Assembly (NCBI RefSeq): GCF_020745735.1
Contig: NC_083421.1
Coordinates: 58,271,001 to 58,335,000, forward strand
Length of the DNA stretch: 64,000 bases
Direction of reading: 5' to 3'
From: Hemiscyllium ocellatum
Lineage: Eukaryota
The stretch's first letter is position 1, and every line of letters begins with the position of its first letter. The notes under the pieces were generated by a model. That model did no database searches. It saw only the letters and a program-made list of their open reading frames with translations, and was not told where the DNA came from. A program made the translations under genes and the position numbers. Of this stretch, positions 1 to 13,453 are shown piece by piece.

Positions 1-821
1 TTCCATCATACCTTAAGAAATAGAATATAGAACAAAGAAAGAAGTTGAATTGATACTCGATCATTGACAATGTCTTGTTGGAACGATAAATTAAGTTCTT
101 AGGATCCCATTCTAGGGAGAACAGAAAAAATAGTGAAAAAGGAAGGTCCAAATGTGACCACGGATGTTGAGTTATAATAATTAAAGGGCAACTCAACTTG
201 GGGCTTTTGCCACTATAGCTGAAAAGGTTATGAAATGAGGTCCTGAGAGAACATGAATAATTATCTAGAATTAACAGGATTTTCACTCATCATAAAAAAA
301 ACTATACCAAAACCCAAAGGGAACAAGGAGATATGGATCAGAAAAATAATATTCAGCTCATGGAGGAATGAATGCTAAAAACCAAATTTCACTTCATAAA
401 CGATCAATTAACCAGTTTAGAAGATGAGGACGATTCAAGTAGTTAGTATACCGCACTGAATCAGACACCAAAACATTGCAGGCTAATAACTTGATTGACT
501 AATGTTAAATCAAGGCTTGCATGATTTGGTGCATTAAGTTTCCAAACAAGCTTCCTGATTTTATTAATACACATATATATTTTAAGCTCCTCCTTCCAAA
601 ACTACCTTTGCAATAAATTGCCTTTACAAATAACAAACTTAATTATCAGTATTTACAAAAAGCCATAAAAATCAGTTGCAATCCTGTAAGAATTACTGAA
701 ATGGCACTTATAACTCCATATACATTTTTCTTGAAATTTCAAATCACCTGCACTCACAACAAACTATCAACCAGCAAATTTTGCACAAACATTTCAACCT
801 ATCTTAAAATAACAGAAGCAA

Positions 822-1790
822 TATAGAGTCATACAGCATGGAAACAGATCCTTCGGTCCAACTAGTCATGCTGATCATAAATCCAAATTAAACTAGTCCT
901 ACCTGCCTGTGCTTGGCTTATATCGCCCCAAACATTTCCCATTCATGTTGTTACCTATATGTATTTTAAACTATGTAACTGCACCACTTCCTATGGAAGT
1001 TCATTTCACACACGAACCACTTTCGGTGCAAGATAATTACCTCTCATGTCTTTCTGAACTTTATTCCTCTCGTCTTAAAAAAAGTGCACCCCAGTCTTGA
1101 AAGCTCACATCCTAGGGGAAAAAAAACCCACCTACCATTCACCTTACCCATACCCCTCATGATTTTATAAACCTTCATAAGATCATCCCTCAACCTCCTC
1201 CGCTTCACGAATGAGGTCCCAGTCTATCCAGCCTCTCCTTCCAACCCAAATGCTTCATTGCTGGCTACATCCTGGTAGATCTATTCTGAACCTTCTCCAG
1301 TTTAATATCCTTATAACTGGGCAACCAGAATTGGACACAGTACTCCAGAACAGGCCTCTTGTATAACAAATATCTTGTATAACAAATTCCCAACTCCTAT
1401 ACTTAAAAGGTCTAAGCAATGAAGGCAAACGTGATAAGTGGCTTCTTAAAACACCCTATCTATATGAGATGCAAACTTCAAAGAATTGTGTACCTGAACC
1501 CTCATGTCTCTGTTCTACAGCACTACTTAAGGCCCTACTTTTAACTGTAGAAGTCCTGCTCTTGTTTGTTTTACCGAACTGCAATACCTCACAGTTATCT
1601 AAATTAAACTCCATCTGCCACTCTTCAGCATGTGGACCCAATTGATCAAGATCTCTTTGTAATCGTAGATAGCGTTCTTTACTGTCCACTATATCACCAA
1701 TCTTAGTGTCATCCGCAAAATTACCAACCATGCCTCCTATATTCTCATCTAAATCATATATATGAATGCCAAGCAAAAGCAGACTGAGCA
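822..1790 (-). mobile_element. 5'-truncated CR1 (HER1-like) LINE
   Basis: FADDTKIG...WQMEFN in ORF 1456-1791; HE1-shared 3' tail near 822-860. Confidence 0.88.
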
Positions 1791-1799
1791 CTGATCTCT

Positions 1800-2915
1800 G
1801 TGGATGACTGGGATGAGGGAAGTGAATGCACGATCACCAAGTTTGCGGATGTCACAACAGTACATGGGAGAGCAAGTAACCATGATGAAAATTCAGGATG
1901 TCTGCAGAGGGATATAAACAGGTTAAGCATTTGGGAAAAGAAACTTGGCAGATGGAATAAAATGGAAGAAAGTGTAAAAGGTGTTGTAATTTGGCAGTGG
2001 ATATTATTTAAATGGAAAAAATCTGCAGAAAGCTGTAGTGCAGAGGGATCTGGATCTGGTGTCTTTGTATACAAATCACATAAAGCTAACAGTAAGTTCA
2101 ACAAGTAATAGTGGAGACAAATCAAACGCTGTTCTTTATTGCAAAGGGAATTGAGTATAAAACAGGGAAGTCTTGCTAAAACTACACGAAGCTTCAAATA
2201 GTCCCCTTATCCAAGATAGATAAACTTAGCACTTGAAGTAGGCCATAGAAGAGAAGGTTCACTAGGTTGATTCCTGCTATGGAGAGATGCCTTTATGAGG
2301 AGAGTTAAAAATCACAACACCAGGTTATAGTCCAACCAGTTTATTTGGAAGCACTAGCATTCAGAGTGCTGCTCCTTCATCAGTTGGTTGTGATGAAGGA
2401 GCAGTGGTCCGAAAGCTAGTGCTTCCAAATAAACCGTTTGGACTATAATCTGGTGTTATGTGATTTTTAATTCTGTACACCCCAGTCCAACACTGGCATC
2501 TCCAAATTTATGAGGAGAAGTTGAGTAGGTTGGCCTGTTCTCATGGATATTTAGGGGAGACCTGGTGGAAAAATTTAAGACTCTTTGTAGCTTGTCAGGA
2601 TAGGTGCTGATAGTTTATTGCCTCCTGAGAGTCTAGGACTCGAGAGCTCAATCTCAGAGGTCGCTGGTTAAGATAGAGATAAGGAGGAATTTCTTCTCAG
2701 AGGCTGGAGAACCAGTGGAGTTCTTTATTATGGAGGGCTGTAGAGGTTGTTAAGCATATGTAAGGCTGAGATAGACAGATTTTTAAATCAGTAAGCGAAT
2801 CAAGGGTTATGAAGAAAAGGCAGAAAAGTAGAATTGAGAATTATCAGATCAGCATGATCTCACTGAATGGCCATGCAGACTCAGTCAGCGGAATGGCCTA
2901 CTCTGCTCCTACTTC
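1800..2915 (+). mobile_element. 5'-truncated decayed CR1 LINE (interrupted by family-B element)
   Basis: ITKFADVT...LQRDINRL in ORF 1800-2108; CR1 3' UTR near 2860-2915. Confidence 0.8.
2304..2506. mobile_element. Family-B hairpin element (Penelope pLTR-derived, hammerhead-bearing)
   Basis: TSD TTTATGAGGAGA at 2292-2303 and 2507-2518. Inverted arms ~2305-2382 / 2391-2470 plus a 36-nt unpaired tail. Decayed hammerheads on both strands (+ 2390-2418 (G)TGATGA-A-GGAGCAGTGGTCC-GAAAGCTA; - 2355-2383). Interrupts a CR1. Confidence 0.85.
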
Positions 2916-4999
2916 CCAGGGGAAAATTCTAATCATTTGTATACTTCAGATTCATTTTTGCTTAGAAATAAAACACCAGAACATTCATTTAACAAAGCAA
3001 ATGTGAAATGGTAGGATAAAAGCAATTAACAATTTGATAAAGTGTCGAGCAAGAAGCAAAAAGATTTAAATATCCAAGTTATATATCCATTACACCTCCC
3101 TGAAAAAATTGCTTTTCCATCATTTAAGGTGGAAATAGTTAAATAGAACAATGGTCTGTTTGATCAGAGCAAGTAAAAACTTCCTGCATGCACAGTTTAT
3201 TTTTAACAAAACAATTAAAGGTATGGAGTTTGATGACAATGAATTCAGTCTTCACTCAAGCATCCAGCTGACCTCCTAGCTATAGATGATATTCCTGCTG
3301 TGTAGAGGAAAGACAGGAAGATGTCAAAAATGCAGCTTCTGGAAGTATGCACAAAGGATAAGAGAACCTGTGGTTCCATAGGTGAGTTAAATGTCAACTA
3401 GCGTGGAGGGAAGAACAGTGGAAAGGTCAGCAGTTCACTGAGAATAAATTAGTTAGATCTTGTGGACATTATAGTAAGTAGGACTGTGAGTGGGTGACAG
3501 TAATATATTGATTCATGATTACAGCAGGAAGATGAGGGGAAATTTTGGCTTTACACTATCTTATACTATTACTGCGATTGGAACTAGAGACTCTCAACAA
3601 TAAGTGCAGTAATAGATAAAATAAGTTGGGAGCTGTCACCATCCATGAGGCCAGTTTCAATCATGGATGGAACATCAATGCCATAATCCACAATAATTGT
3701 TTGAATAGCAATGGTTTTGTGTACAGTTAGTCTGCAGGAAATTGTAGTTATTATAGTAAAAAGGATGCTCTCTTCAATGACCAAAGTATTTTTCCTTGTG
3801 TGGCAATTATTGCCTTTCAGAAGTTAACATGGCAGTACTAAGAATGGTCTTTTTTTAAAAAGCGAGTTGATGGAATTTGTTGATATTTGTTAATCTCCCC
3901 ATACCATAAGTTTGGAAAACTACTGCACTGCTATAACATGAAAACCATCATTCACATGACCTCAACCCCATCTATTACTAATTGTGTTTGCCCTTCATTT
4001 TTCTAAGAATTTGGAAGTTCATAAAAAAACGAACCACGTCTTCGTTGCAAGGCAGTAACAGTGACAAGTTAAAGCTGTCAATTTTGAGCCTTTTTATAAA
4101 ATGCAATTGAAAGTTTGGAACACAGGCACAGTTATGCTCAGGAAGTGCAGATAATTAATGGGAGCTTTTGTGAGCTCACAGGATTCTATAAATTGCTTAA
4201 ATGGATTTCCTAGGGTGTGGAGCAGCTACTGTATCTGATGGTCAAGGTCCCAAACATAATACTACCAAGCCAGATTTCAAAGATACTAAATTAATAACGA
4301 TTTACTCCATTTCAAATCACTTTGATACTCAAGTCACTTCATGCAATTTCTCTTCTAACCAGATTATAATATTCTGCCACTAATCACATGCCAGAGCAGT
4401 CCTGACAAATTCTTTGCAAATTTTTCTTCCTCTAAGGATCTGCCACCAATCACTTAAAACATTCAAGCACTAGGAAATACACCACACTGAGGACCACTGA
4501 TACAAATATGAATGTGATTATTCCATTGCACAACATGTATCTCACTATGCAGTCTCTCATACATAGTCTACCTTGTATTACATAAGGCAACCTCCTTTAA
4601 AATGATGCAGAAATATAATATATCCTGCAATTCAAATTTTATGTGAGTATTTAATAAAAGATATAATGGACCAAAATTGCTGCAAAATGTTTTGCAGTAA
4701 TTTTACATGAACTACAACAAAATACCTTATAATGGTATTAACCCAGAGCAATTGTTGACTCACCAGATGTGGCTTTGGCAGCATCATCTCATAACATATT
4801 CTAACTTTAATACAAGTAAATATGTTTTGTCTGCTTAAATATCTACCACTATTTAGTAACCAAGGTAAAGCATTTAACAAAGACTAGTACATTCTTACAT
4901 CTCACCATGTACCAACAAATGCACGGTTGGCTAAACTATTTATACAACGTCTTTACTTTTTAAGTACAAAGGCAATCAGGTACATCTGGATTCATAATT

Positions 5000-5330
5000 A
5001 AGACCAAAAGACCTATGAGCAGAAGTAGATCATTCAGCCCATCGAGTCTGCTTTTCCATTCAATAAGATCATAACTGATTTGATGACCCTCAATTTCACT
5101 TTCCCACTTTTTCCCAATTGCCTTTGATTCTCTACTTTGAATATCTCAACCTTGAATATATTTAATGACCCAGCTTCTGTAGCCCACTGCGGCAAAGAAT
5201 TCCACAGGTTCATACTCAGAAGAAATTCTGCAACACTGTCATAAATGAGTGACCCCTTACTCCAATGTTATGCTTTCTGGTTTGAGAGTCTCCCACAATA
5301 GGAAACCTTTCCATATCTCGCCTGTAATGA
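5000..5330 (-). mobile_element. CR1 3' end fragment
   Basis: Antisense CR1 3' UTR/ORF2 tail (…GAATTCCACAGGTTCA…AAGAAATTC). Confidence 0.65.
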
Positions 5331-5364
5331 CACCCAAAAATACTGTATGTGGTTCACAAACATA

Positions 5365-6750
5365 TAAACAATTTGGATGTGAATATAGTTGTTATGGTTA
5401 GTAAGTTTGCAGATGACATCAAAATTGGAAACATAGTGGACAGCAAAGGAGGTAACCTCGGAGTACAACAGGATCTTGATCAAATGGGCCAAGGAGCAGT
5501 AGATGGAGATTAATTTAGATAAATGTGAGGGGTTGCATTTTGGAAAGGCACACCTGGTCAAGACTTATACACTTAATGGTAAGGTCCTGGGGTGTGTTGC
5601 TGAACAAAAAGACCTTGGAGGTCATAGTTCCTTCAAAGTGGAGTCCCAGTGTCATGATGTAGCTCCTTTAACAAGGTAATGCTGTCCTTGGCTTTTTTCT
5701 TCCCCAGAGAGGTCATAAAAGCAGCAATTCCAAAAAGTCTAGGTTTGAAGGGTACTAGGGCCAATTTGATTATAGCTAACAGACACTGCCTTAGGGAATA
5801 GGTATTTGATTTTATCTTTTTTGCCCAGGGGTGTTTATGTTGGTAAGTATTTGGAACAACATCATTAAGTTGGGATAATTTGTTGTGTTTTCAGATAGAT
5901 TAAGTTATTTGATATTCTGTTCTCTTTTGTTTGTGTCTCATTCGGTAATCTTGTAAATAAATTCTGGTTTGTTTAAAACTAAGTGGTCTGACCAGCTGCA
6001 TCCCTTCTAGAATATCCACTTTACACCTGCTCAAAACAACTAGCAAAGTTAGTGTGTGGGCTACATTCTTGAAATGTTTTGAGGAGGTCTGGGCTGGTCC
6101 ATAACACCCAGTTAGATAGGAAAGTGAAGGGGGTGTTTGGTACGCTTGCCTTTATTGGTCAGTACATTGAGTATAGCAGTTGCAGGTCATGTTGCAGCTA
6201 TACAGGACATTGGTTAGGCTGCTTTTGGAATACTGTGGTCAATTCTGGTCTCCCTGTTATTGAAAGGATTTTGTGACACTTGAAAGGATTCAGAAATGAT
6301 TTACATAGATGTGGTCAAAGTTGGAGGATTTGAGCTATACAGAGAGGGTAAATAGGCTGGAGTTATTTTCCCTGGAGCATCAAAGACTAAGGAGTGACCT
6401 TATAGTAGTTTATAAAGTCATGAGAACCAAGGTCTTTTCCTCAGGGTGGGGGTGGGGTTGAGTCCAAAATTAGAGGGCATAGGTTTAAGATGAAAGTAGA
6501 AAGATTTTAAAGGAACCTAAGGGGCAACTGTTTTGTGCAGAGTTTGTGCAGGTATGGAATGAGCTGCCAGGGGAAGTGGTAGAGGCTGGTCCAATTACTA
6601 CATTTAAAAGACATCTGGATGGGTATATGAAAATGGAGGGTTTAAGAAGGATATGTGCCAAATACTGGCAAATGGGATAAGATTAGTTTAGGAGATCTGG
6701 TCAGCACGGACGAGTTGGACCCAAGGGTCTGTTTACATGCAGTAAAACTA
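5365..6750 (+). mobile_element. 5'-truncated CR1 LINE split by the solo LTR
   Basis: AAGTTTGCAGATGAC (KFADD) at ~5403; RT C-terminal homology resumes at 6107; tail ~6720-6750. Confidence 0.85.
5650..6106 (+). mobile_element. Solo LTR (457 bp)
   Basis: TGTCATG...CATAACA termini, perfect 5-bp TSD CCCAG (5645-5649, 6107-6111), AATAAA near 5956; splits a CR1 RT that resumes on the other side. Confidence 0.85.
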
Positions 6751-8194
6751 TCAGTGTGTGTGTGAAATAATGTTATAACAACTGACTTATTAACATAAAA
6801 GATGAAATTCAGATAAGGAATGTAATTTTTTTTGAGAACACAAATTTTTAATAAATGTACATTGGTATAGATATGTTATTCGAAGAGGATTGTTTGTTTT
6901 TAAAAAGCAGATGCAATTTAAGACATTCTTATTATTGGTTGCCTGTAAGAATTTGCATTTCTAAATCGTTAAGCAGCTTCTAAAATATTTAATTACAGAG
7001 GCATTAGCTTGCCCCTCCCTCCTACTGTGATAATCAGTTAACTTTCATTCAGCACAATGAAAATTGGAAAGACGGTGAATGAGCTAGATTATTTTAAACA
7101 AAATCCTCCTAATCACTGCACATGGAATGCTGAAATGTTGATGAATGTCTGCAATGCACTAGTTAACAAATTAACCATTTATGTTGAAAGTCAGCAGTGA
7201 GTAAGATGGACCTGCTGCAGTCTAGCAGCAGCGGGATTCAATAGTCAAGAAATAAAACGGGAAGAGATGCAACTCAAGAAGCTAGTCTATTGAAGCTGAA
7301 ACTATCCATGTTTGAAAATTATTCAGAAATTCAAATCAACAACAATTCCTTCTAAGTCAGGAATAACTGAATTCAATAGAACTGTCAGCCTCAAGTTGAC
7401 AGAGCTCACACAAAGGCTTTTATTTGAAGGAATATAAAATATTATTCCTTCATAATATTCATCCACACTGCACAGTTCACTGCAAATCAAAGAATTTGGA
7501 AATTATCACATTGCCTTACACAAATTATGTAAATAAAATAAGTGCTCAATCAATTTATAATTCTACTGCTATCAAAAGAGGAAATTATAAAATCAGTCCT
7601 ACTAACAAATGTTCTAGGTATGTACTTCTCTTAAAATTTTCCCTTACCTAAAATGTTCCCCCCTCAGCAGTTATTTTGAGAATTGATATGAAAGATATCA
7701 GTGTGGTTGGTAAGAATTAAAACACTTGTATACAAGAGAAGTACTTTTCCCCCATTAGGTTTGGACATTTCTGCTCAGGGCCTTTGCAATGCGAACAGTG
7801 GATAGAAGAGGATTTCAGAGATATAAATACAGGAAACAAACTTCTCTTTTAATGCCCAGTGTAACGCATAAAACACTATTTCAAATATTCACAGCAGTCT
7901 ACTCCACTGTCATTCAATAACATCACAAGCTGTTAAAATATGTAAGTTTTATTCCACACAGCTCACATAGACATGACAAGAGCATGATAACATAATGGCT
8001 ATATGCTGGACTATTAACCCAGAGGCCTGCATAATACTGCAAAGAATAGGAATTTAAATCTCACCAGCTGAGTTTGGATTTTAAAAACTGATAAAAAACT
8101 AAAGTGATCATGCAGGTGTCATTTCATCAGAAAAATCCAACTTGTTCATTCCTGTACTTAGAGGAGGAAAGTCAGCTTACCTTACCACTTTACA

Positions 8195-8284
8195 GATGAA
8201 GGGCTTATGCCCAAAATTTTGATTCTCCTGCTCCTCAGATGTTACCTGATCTGCTGTGCTTTTCCAGCACCACACTTTTCAACT
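8195..8284 (+). mobile_element. Family-A single-arm element, decayed hammerhead
   Basis: TSD CACTTTACA at 8186-8194 and 8285-8293; GATGAAGGGCTTATGCCCAAAATTTTGATTCTCCTGCTCC... homologous to 12002-12090. Confidence 0.8.
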
Positions 8285-8562
8285 CACTTTACAAACATGT
8301 CTTACATTAACAGGGCTTATTCGCAACTTCCCTTTGAAGTGGCCAGTGGGGAAGTAACTTAATTGTATTAAAATCATTACACAGAAGCAGCTCGAAAAAG
8401 AACAGTTCACCACCGCCTTCTCAGTACAGCTAGGGGTTAGACAACAAAATGTTATCCTTGCCAGCAATTTCCAAATTGCAGGAATGAGGAGCATCCTTAA
8501 AATATAACAAGTAAAGATAAAAACACAATTTGATAAAGGTCAAAGCCAAGTAAAATACTAAA

Positions 8563-8695
8563 GTAAAATCAAAATACTAAAGAAACTGGAAATCTGAAAT
8601 TAAAACATAGCGCTGGAAATACTCAGCAGCTCTGACAACATTTGTACGGAGAAACAGAGTTAACACTTTGAATCGAATGACCTTTTTCAGAACTA
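8563..8695 (-). mobile_element. Family-C short element (older Penelope pLTR-like, decayed hammerhead)
   Basis: Homologous to 32006, 34193, 55158 and 61331 copies; ends ...GAGTTAACACTTTGAATCGAATGACCTTTTTCAGAACT, the antisense of a decayed CTGAAGA...GAAACGTT core. Confidence 0.55.
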
Positions 8696-10321
8696 AGGTG
8701 GAGTGGGTGCAATGGGTTTCACACAGGGGATGGACAGGTTAAAAAAACCTTAAAGCATAAGTCAGCACCATGAAGGAAAACTCTCCACCTGTCCAGATGC
8801 TCCAATAAAGGAAGCCACTTTATTGGTCTCCCATCCATCCCCTTTAATATTCTCTCTCTCCATCAGCAATATATAATATGCAACATTTACAAGATGCACT
8901 GCAAACACTCACCAAGTCTTCTTCCATATCACTTTACAAATTCGTAATCTCTATCATCCACAAGGACGTGGCAGTAAATACGTGATGACATCACGAGCTA
9001 CAAGTAACCCTCCAAGCCACATACTTTGAATTATGTCACCATTCTCTTACCATCACTGGATCAAAATCCTGAATCAAAGTCTCTTTCTAACAACACTCTG
9101 GACCCACTCCACAAGGATTGCAGCTGTTCACCTTCTCCAGGACAATCAGGAGCATGCCCTAAATGATAGCCTAGTCAACAATTCCCACACACTGCAAACG
9201 AATAAATAAATGGAAGGTCTATGTTAGATTAGAAGGCAGACATTAAATGACAAAAACATCATGGAACAAAAAGCAAATGGGTTGACCATGGTTGCAGTTT
9301 ATCAACAAAGCATCTGGCCAGATTGAGTGTGATTAGCAACATAATGAACCATCCAAAAGCAAAACCAAGAAAAGAATGCCATGTCATCAAATTAATAACT
9401 TCCAATAAGGAATCCTTAATACAAATTGTTCAGCACAAAAAGGACCAATAGTTTTAAAGAATATTCAAAATGCCTAATTACTCTAATGAGATATTTAATA
9501 AACGCATTCACCAAAATCTTTGTTTTTCATCAACTCTTCACCCTCTCTTCAAAACAATATGAAATTATGCGGTTTTTACTCAGGACACGCTGCTTGTTCA
9601 TCTGTAACTCCAACTTGGAAAGACTCCACAAATCCACCCCTAAACTCAGTGTGAGATACTGATAGAGTGGACTGCAACTACAGCAAGCAACATCAATAAA
9701 TTTATGCTTACATTGGTTCAGTGTGGTGAATTTCTCAGAACAGAACCTCAGATGAAGCCTACAATATAGACAATAATTATACGTTCATTTTTCCTCGGTA
9801 ATGCAATCTGAATCTCCTGTTTGCGACGGACACTTTTCACCCATTTACCTTATTAAAACAATACAGTGTCTGCTTCAACAGGTGGCATATAATGGAAGAT
9901 TAAACATTACAGGCTGACTAAATGTCCCGTATTTTAAGGGATGTTACTTGATTTTGACAATAGGCAAGTCTTTTGTCCCAGAAAGAATGTGGGAGACTGT
10001 GCCTGCATGTCTCTTTTTGACCTTATCCCTGCTATTGTGCCAGGTACCAAGGTGTTGGATTAAACAAACCTTCGATCTCCCACACAGAGTTACCAGTAAT
10101 TCCAACACTGTTCTTAAGGTCCCTAGAAATAACACTCTCCCCACCCCCACCATTAATTTAGGTCAAAGTGGTTTACTATTTCATTTTATAAGAGTTGGTC
10201 CCATGACACATTCTAGTCATAACTGCTGTATATGATTTCAAGGGAGGCCATAACTTAAGAAATTCAAATTCAGGTATTCCTGAAAGAAATATCATCACAA
10301 TATCGTCCCATTTCCACCCTC

Positions 10322-10851
10322 AGTTGAAGCGAAACACTCAGGCACAGTATAGTTTTACCTCTTTCATCTTTACTCCAGGCCCTGGAGGGAGTGAAAATGA
10401 TCGCCCATGCGCACAGAGACATGGGTTCTCGGTCTTCTCTCGAACAACAGTTTCTTAATGCATTATATAGTCATTTTACAGGGAGGAGCATCCAGACAAG
10501 ACAACATACATATTAATTGGGTGATGTTACAATCAGCGAGTATCAATTGTAAGGATTAGCCATCCGCTGTTGCACAATGAATGTTCTTAACCTTAACTGG
10601 CTTCACATAATAAATACTTTTCACCTTGTTAAACTGACCTTACGTACTGAATGCTTCAGATATTGTTAAATGGGTCTACATAATTAATACTTTTCCATCT
10701 TGTTAACCCATTACCCTTGCCTCAAGCACCTTATTGTTAACTGCAAGTTCTTATCTAATCCGAATCATGCTCAGCTGAACCTCTTGTTTCACAATACTCC
10801 GAACTTAACCCTTTCCCTATCTGCTTATACCCTCTACACATTCTCAACAAC
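10322..10851 (-). mobile_element. Possible LTR (unclassified)
   Basis: Minus strand shows TATATAA (~10465) followed by AGTAAA (~10370) and a GT-rich U5-like end; short GTTGA/TCAAC inverted ends; no TSD found. Confidence 0.3.
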
Positions 10852-11150
10852 ATTTAAGACGTTAAATAAAGAAAGTATTATTTAAATATATTATATAAAC
10901 CATTACAGCTTAAACCTGAACATCTCCTTATTCTATTTCCATCCAAGAGTCTCCCTACCCCACCCCCGCTCCCCCATAAGTACTATGCAATCTTGGGGAT
11001 TCTAGTACCTCTGCTGGAACCTAATTATGTAGCACAACCTTCAAGGAGTCAACTTGATTCTTGTCAGCGGTCCCACAACAATTGGTATAATTTTACTGTA
11101 TAAAAGCAAAGCACAATGTTGAAGCAGTTAAATGTTCAATTTTCAACAAT

Positions 11151-11208
11151 GGACTTGTTGGACCAAAGGGCCTGTTTCCACACTCTCAGTAATCTAACCT
11201 AATCTAAT
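11151..11208 (+). mobile_element. HE1/HER1 3' tail fragment
   Basis: GGACTTGTTGGACCAAAGGGCCTGTTTCCACACT...CTAATCTAAT. Confidence 0.75.
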
Positions 11209-11895
11209 GTCATACGGTCAACTTTATAGCACGTACCCTTTACTGATTTGATTACATTGCTTAAGGTCATAGGTAGGGGTTCATAATCATATTCAAACTA
11301 ACATCACGAAACTCATTAAGCAAACTCATTCCTGTTCCTTGACTGGACACAATCATAATTTTATTGATAAGTTAACAGAATTCTCTCTCTTTTACTAACC
11401 AAGTGTTGTTACTATTACTCTGACTCATTTAGCTAGTATACTCTTTCTCAGTCCTGTAACCTCTACAGAGCTCAAACCAATTTCTCAAGATTATAGTTAA
11501 ATTAGAACTGGCTCACCGGACTCTTCAGGTGAACAGTTTGTCAGCAGGATTTCCAATGCCTTAAGCCTGCGCTTATGAATTCCACACACCACTCTTTTGC
11601 ATTATTCAAATTGGGCTCATGCACAATAAATTCAGAACCAGATGAGTAAAACTAATCGACTGGAACACCAAAACAAATCAGCATGAAACAAGGAAAAAAG
11701 CAACTATGCAATCTACTCAAATTATTTCATGTAATGAACAGAAATTGACTTCACAATGATTAATATGTCAAGTCTAAAAACAGTAAAGGAAAATGGACCT
11801 CAAAATAGCCTTATGAAAACTTGAACTCAACTCTACAATTCAACAAACTCACAATTTTAGTACTGGCTAAAAATACATTCATGCTACAATTGACT

Positions 11896-12090
11896 AGGAG
11901 AAAGTGAGAACTGCAGATGCTGGGAGATCAGAGCTGAAAAATGTGTTGCTGGAAAAGCGCAGCAGGTCAGGCAGCATCCAAGGAGCAGGAGAAGGGCTTT
12001 CCTGAAGAAGGGCTTATGCCCGAAATGTCGATTCTCCTGCTCCTTGGATGCTGCCTGACCTACTGCGCTTTTCCAGCAACACATTTTTCA
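11896..12090. mobile_element. Family-A hairpin element
   Basis: Flanking direct repeat TTCATGCTACAAT(T/A)GACT at 11878-11895 and 12087-12104. Near-perfect 59-bp inverted arms 11935-11993 / 12032-12090 with the hammerhead in the loop; ~39-nt unpaired tail 11896-11934. Confidence 0.9.
12002..12029 (+). ncRNA. Minimal hammerhead ribozyme (one CpG-decay change) in family-A hairpin element
   Basis: CTGAAGA-A-GGGC-TTAT-GCCC-GAAATGTC. Confidence 0.75.
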
Positions 12091-13103
12091 TGCTACAATA
12101 GACTCCCATCAATTTCTTCATAAAGCTGCTGTTCTCTCCTAAACAGTTATTTTCAGTTTCCAACTGAATATTATGCATTACCAAGTTCCACAATTCAAGA
12201 AAATAATATGCATTCAGAGATCAGTTAATCCACCAAAGCTGCCTAAGATTTTTGTTCCCTAATACATCATACTAGACCCACAATTCCCACCCAAACAGAA
12301 AACATGCAAAAGTTAGGTCAGGATAACAACCAACCCAAAACACTTCAAAACCTGTGCCATGCATCAAAGTACTATTGACTTCAAGATCATATTTATGGGC
12401 AGATGGCTTGCTAAGGCACGAAAAAATTAAACATATAATATGGATTATAACAGCCTGCTGGTTAGCAGGTAGGAGATTTACTAAATAAACAAAATTAGAA
12501 ATTCGAACAGTGACATGTCATGACATTGCTACATTTATTCAATTCAATCTGTTGAATATCACCATAGAATGATAAAATTTTCTTTGGGTCAAATAAACCA
12601 AAATAACTTACTAGTGTCAAACATGGAGGAAACCAGTCAAGCTGGTTTTGCTGACATGTGATTTCAGTCCACATTACACGAATGGCTCTCAGGGATGCCA
12701 TCTTCTCAAGAACAAATAGCAGTTGAAGCACAAGCCAAGTTAATATCCAGTCTAAACTTGAATGTTAACATCTTGTATTTGTCTCAGAAAGTACTTCACA
12801 GAAACTATAACAAAATTAGGTAACAAGTTGCAAGGGGAACTATGAGGGTAGATCATTAAATACCTGGTCAAACAGGTAGTTGTTAAGGAGCAGCTTAAAG
12901 TTGACAGGCAAAGGTTTAGAAAGAGAATTGTAGTGCTTAGTACATGGCTTCGCAAAGTTTGATTTGAGCTGAAACTGTAGGGTTGCGAGCACCGAGGCAG
13001 CAATGGCCACTTTGGAGCTCTAAGTTATAATACCTGTCCTCACGATTGCGCAATTCTCACTAAGTGATCATTATAATTGAATGGGGTCAGAGGGAAAACA
13101 TTT

Positions 13104-13453
13104 GGGAAGCATTGGTGGCTCAGTAGTTAGCACTGTTGGTTCACAGCGCCAGGAATCTGGGTTTGATTCCAATCTCAGGTGACTGCCTGTGTGCAGTTTG
13201 CACATTCTCCGTGTCTGCATGGGTTTCCTCCGGGTGCTCCAGTTTCGTCCCACAGTCCAAAGATGTGCAGATTAGGTAAATTGGCCATGCTAAAGTGCCC
13301 ACACTGTCCAGGGATGTATAGGTAGGTGCATTATTCAGGGAAAATATAGAGTAATTGGACAGGGAAATGGATCTGTGTGAGATATTCTTTGGAGAGTCAG
13401 TGTGGATTTGTTGGGCCAAATAGCCTGTTCCCAGTGTCAGGATTCTATGGTTC
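13104..13453 (+). mobile_element. HE1-type tRNA-derived SINE
   Basis: A box TGGCTCAGTAG, B box GGTTTGATTCC, conserved body GGTTTCCTCCGGGTGCTCC, CR1-shared tail. Confidence 0.88.

Noticed and set aside
3290-3390. Strong plus-strand donor AG|GTGAGT near 3381 suggesting an exon
   Set aside because: Opposite strand to CAMSAP1, with no recognisable peptide or partner exons.
11884-12123. Recurrent small 'MCCWKSAAGQAASKEQE' ORFs (also 21256, 28431-28719, 42969)
   Set aside because: Incidental translations of the family-A repeat arms; frames and ends are inconsistent between copies.
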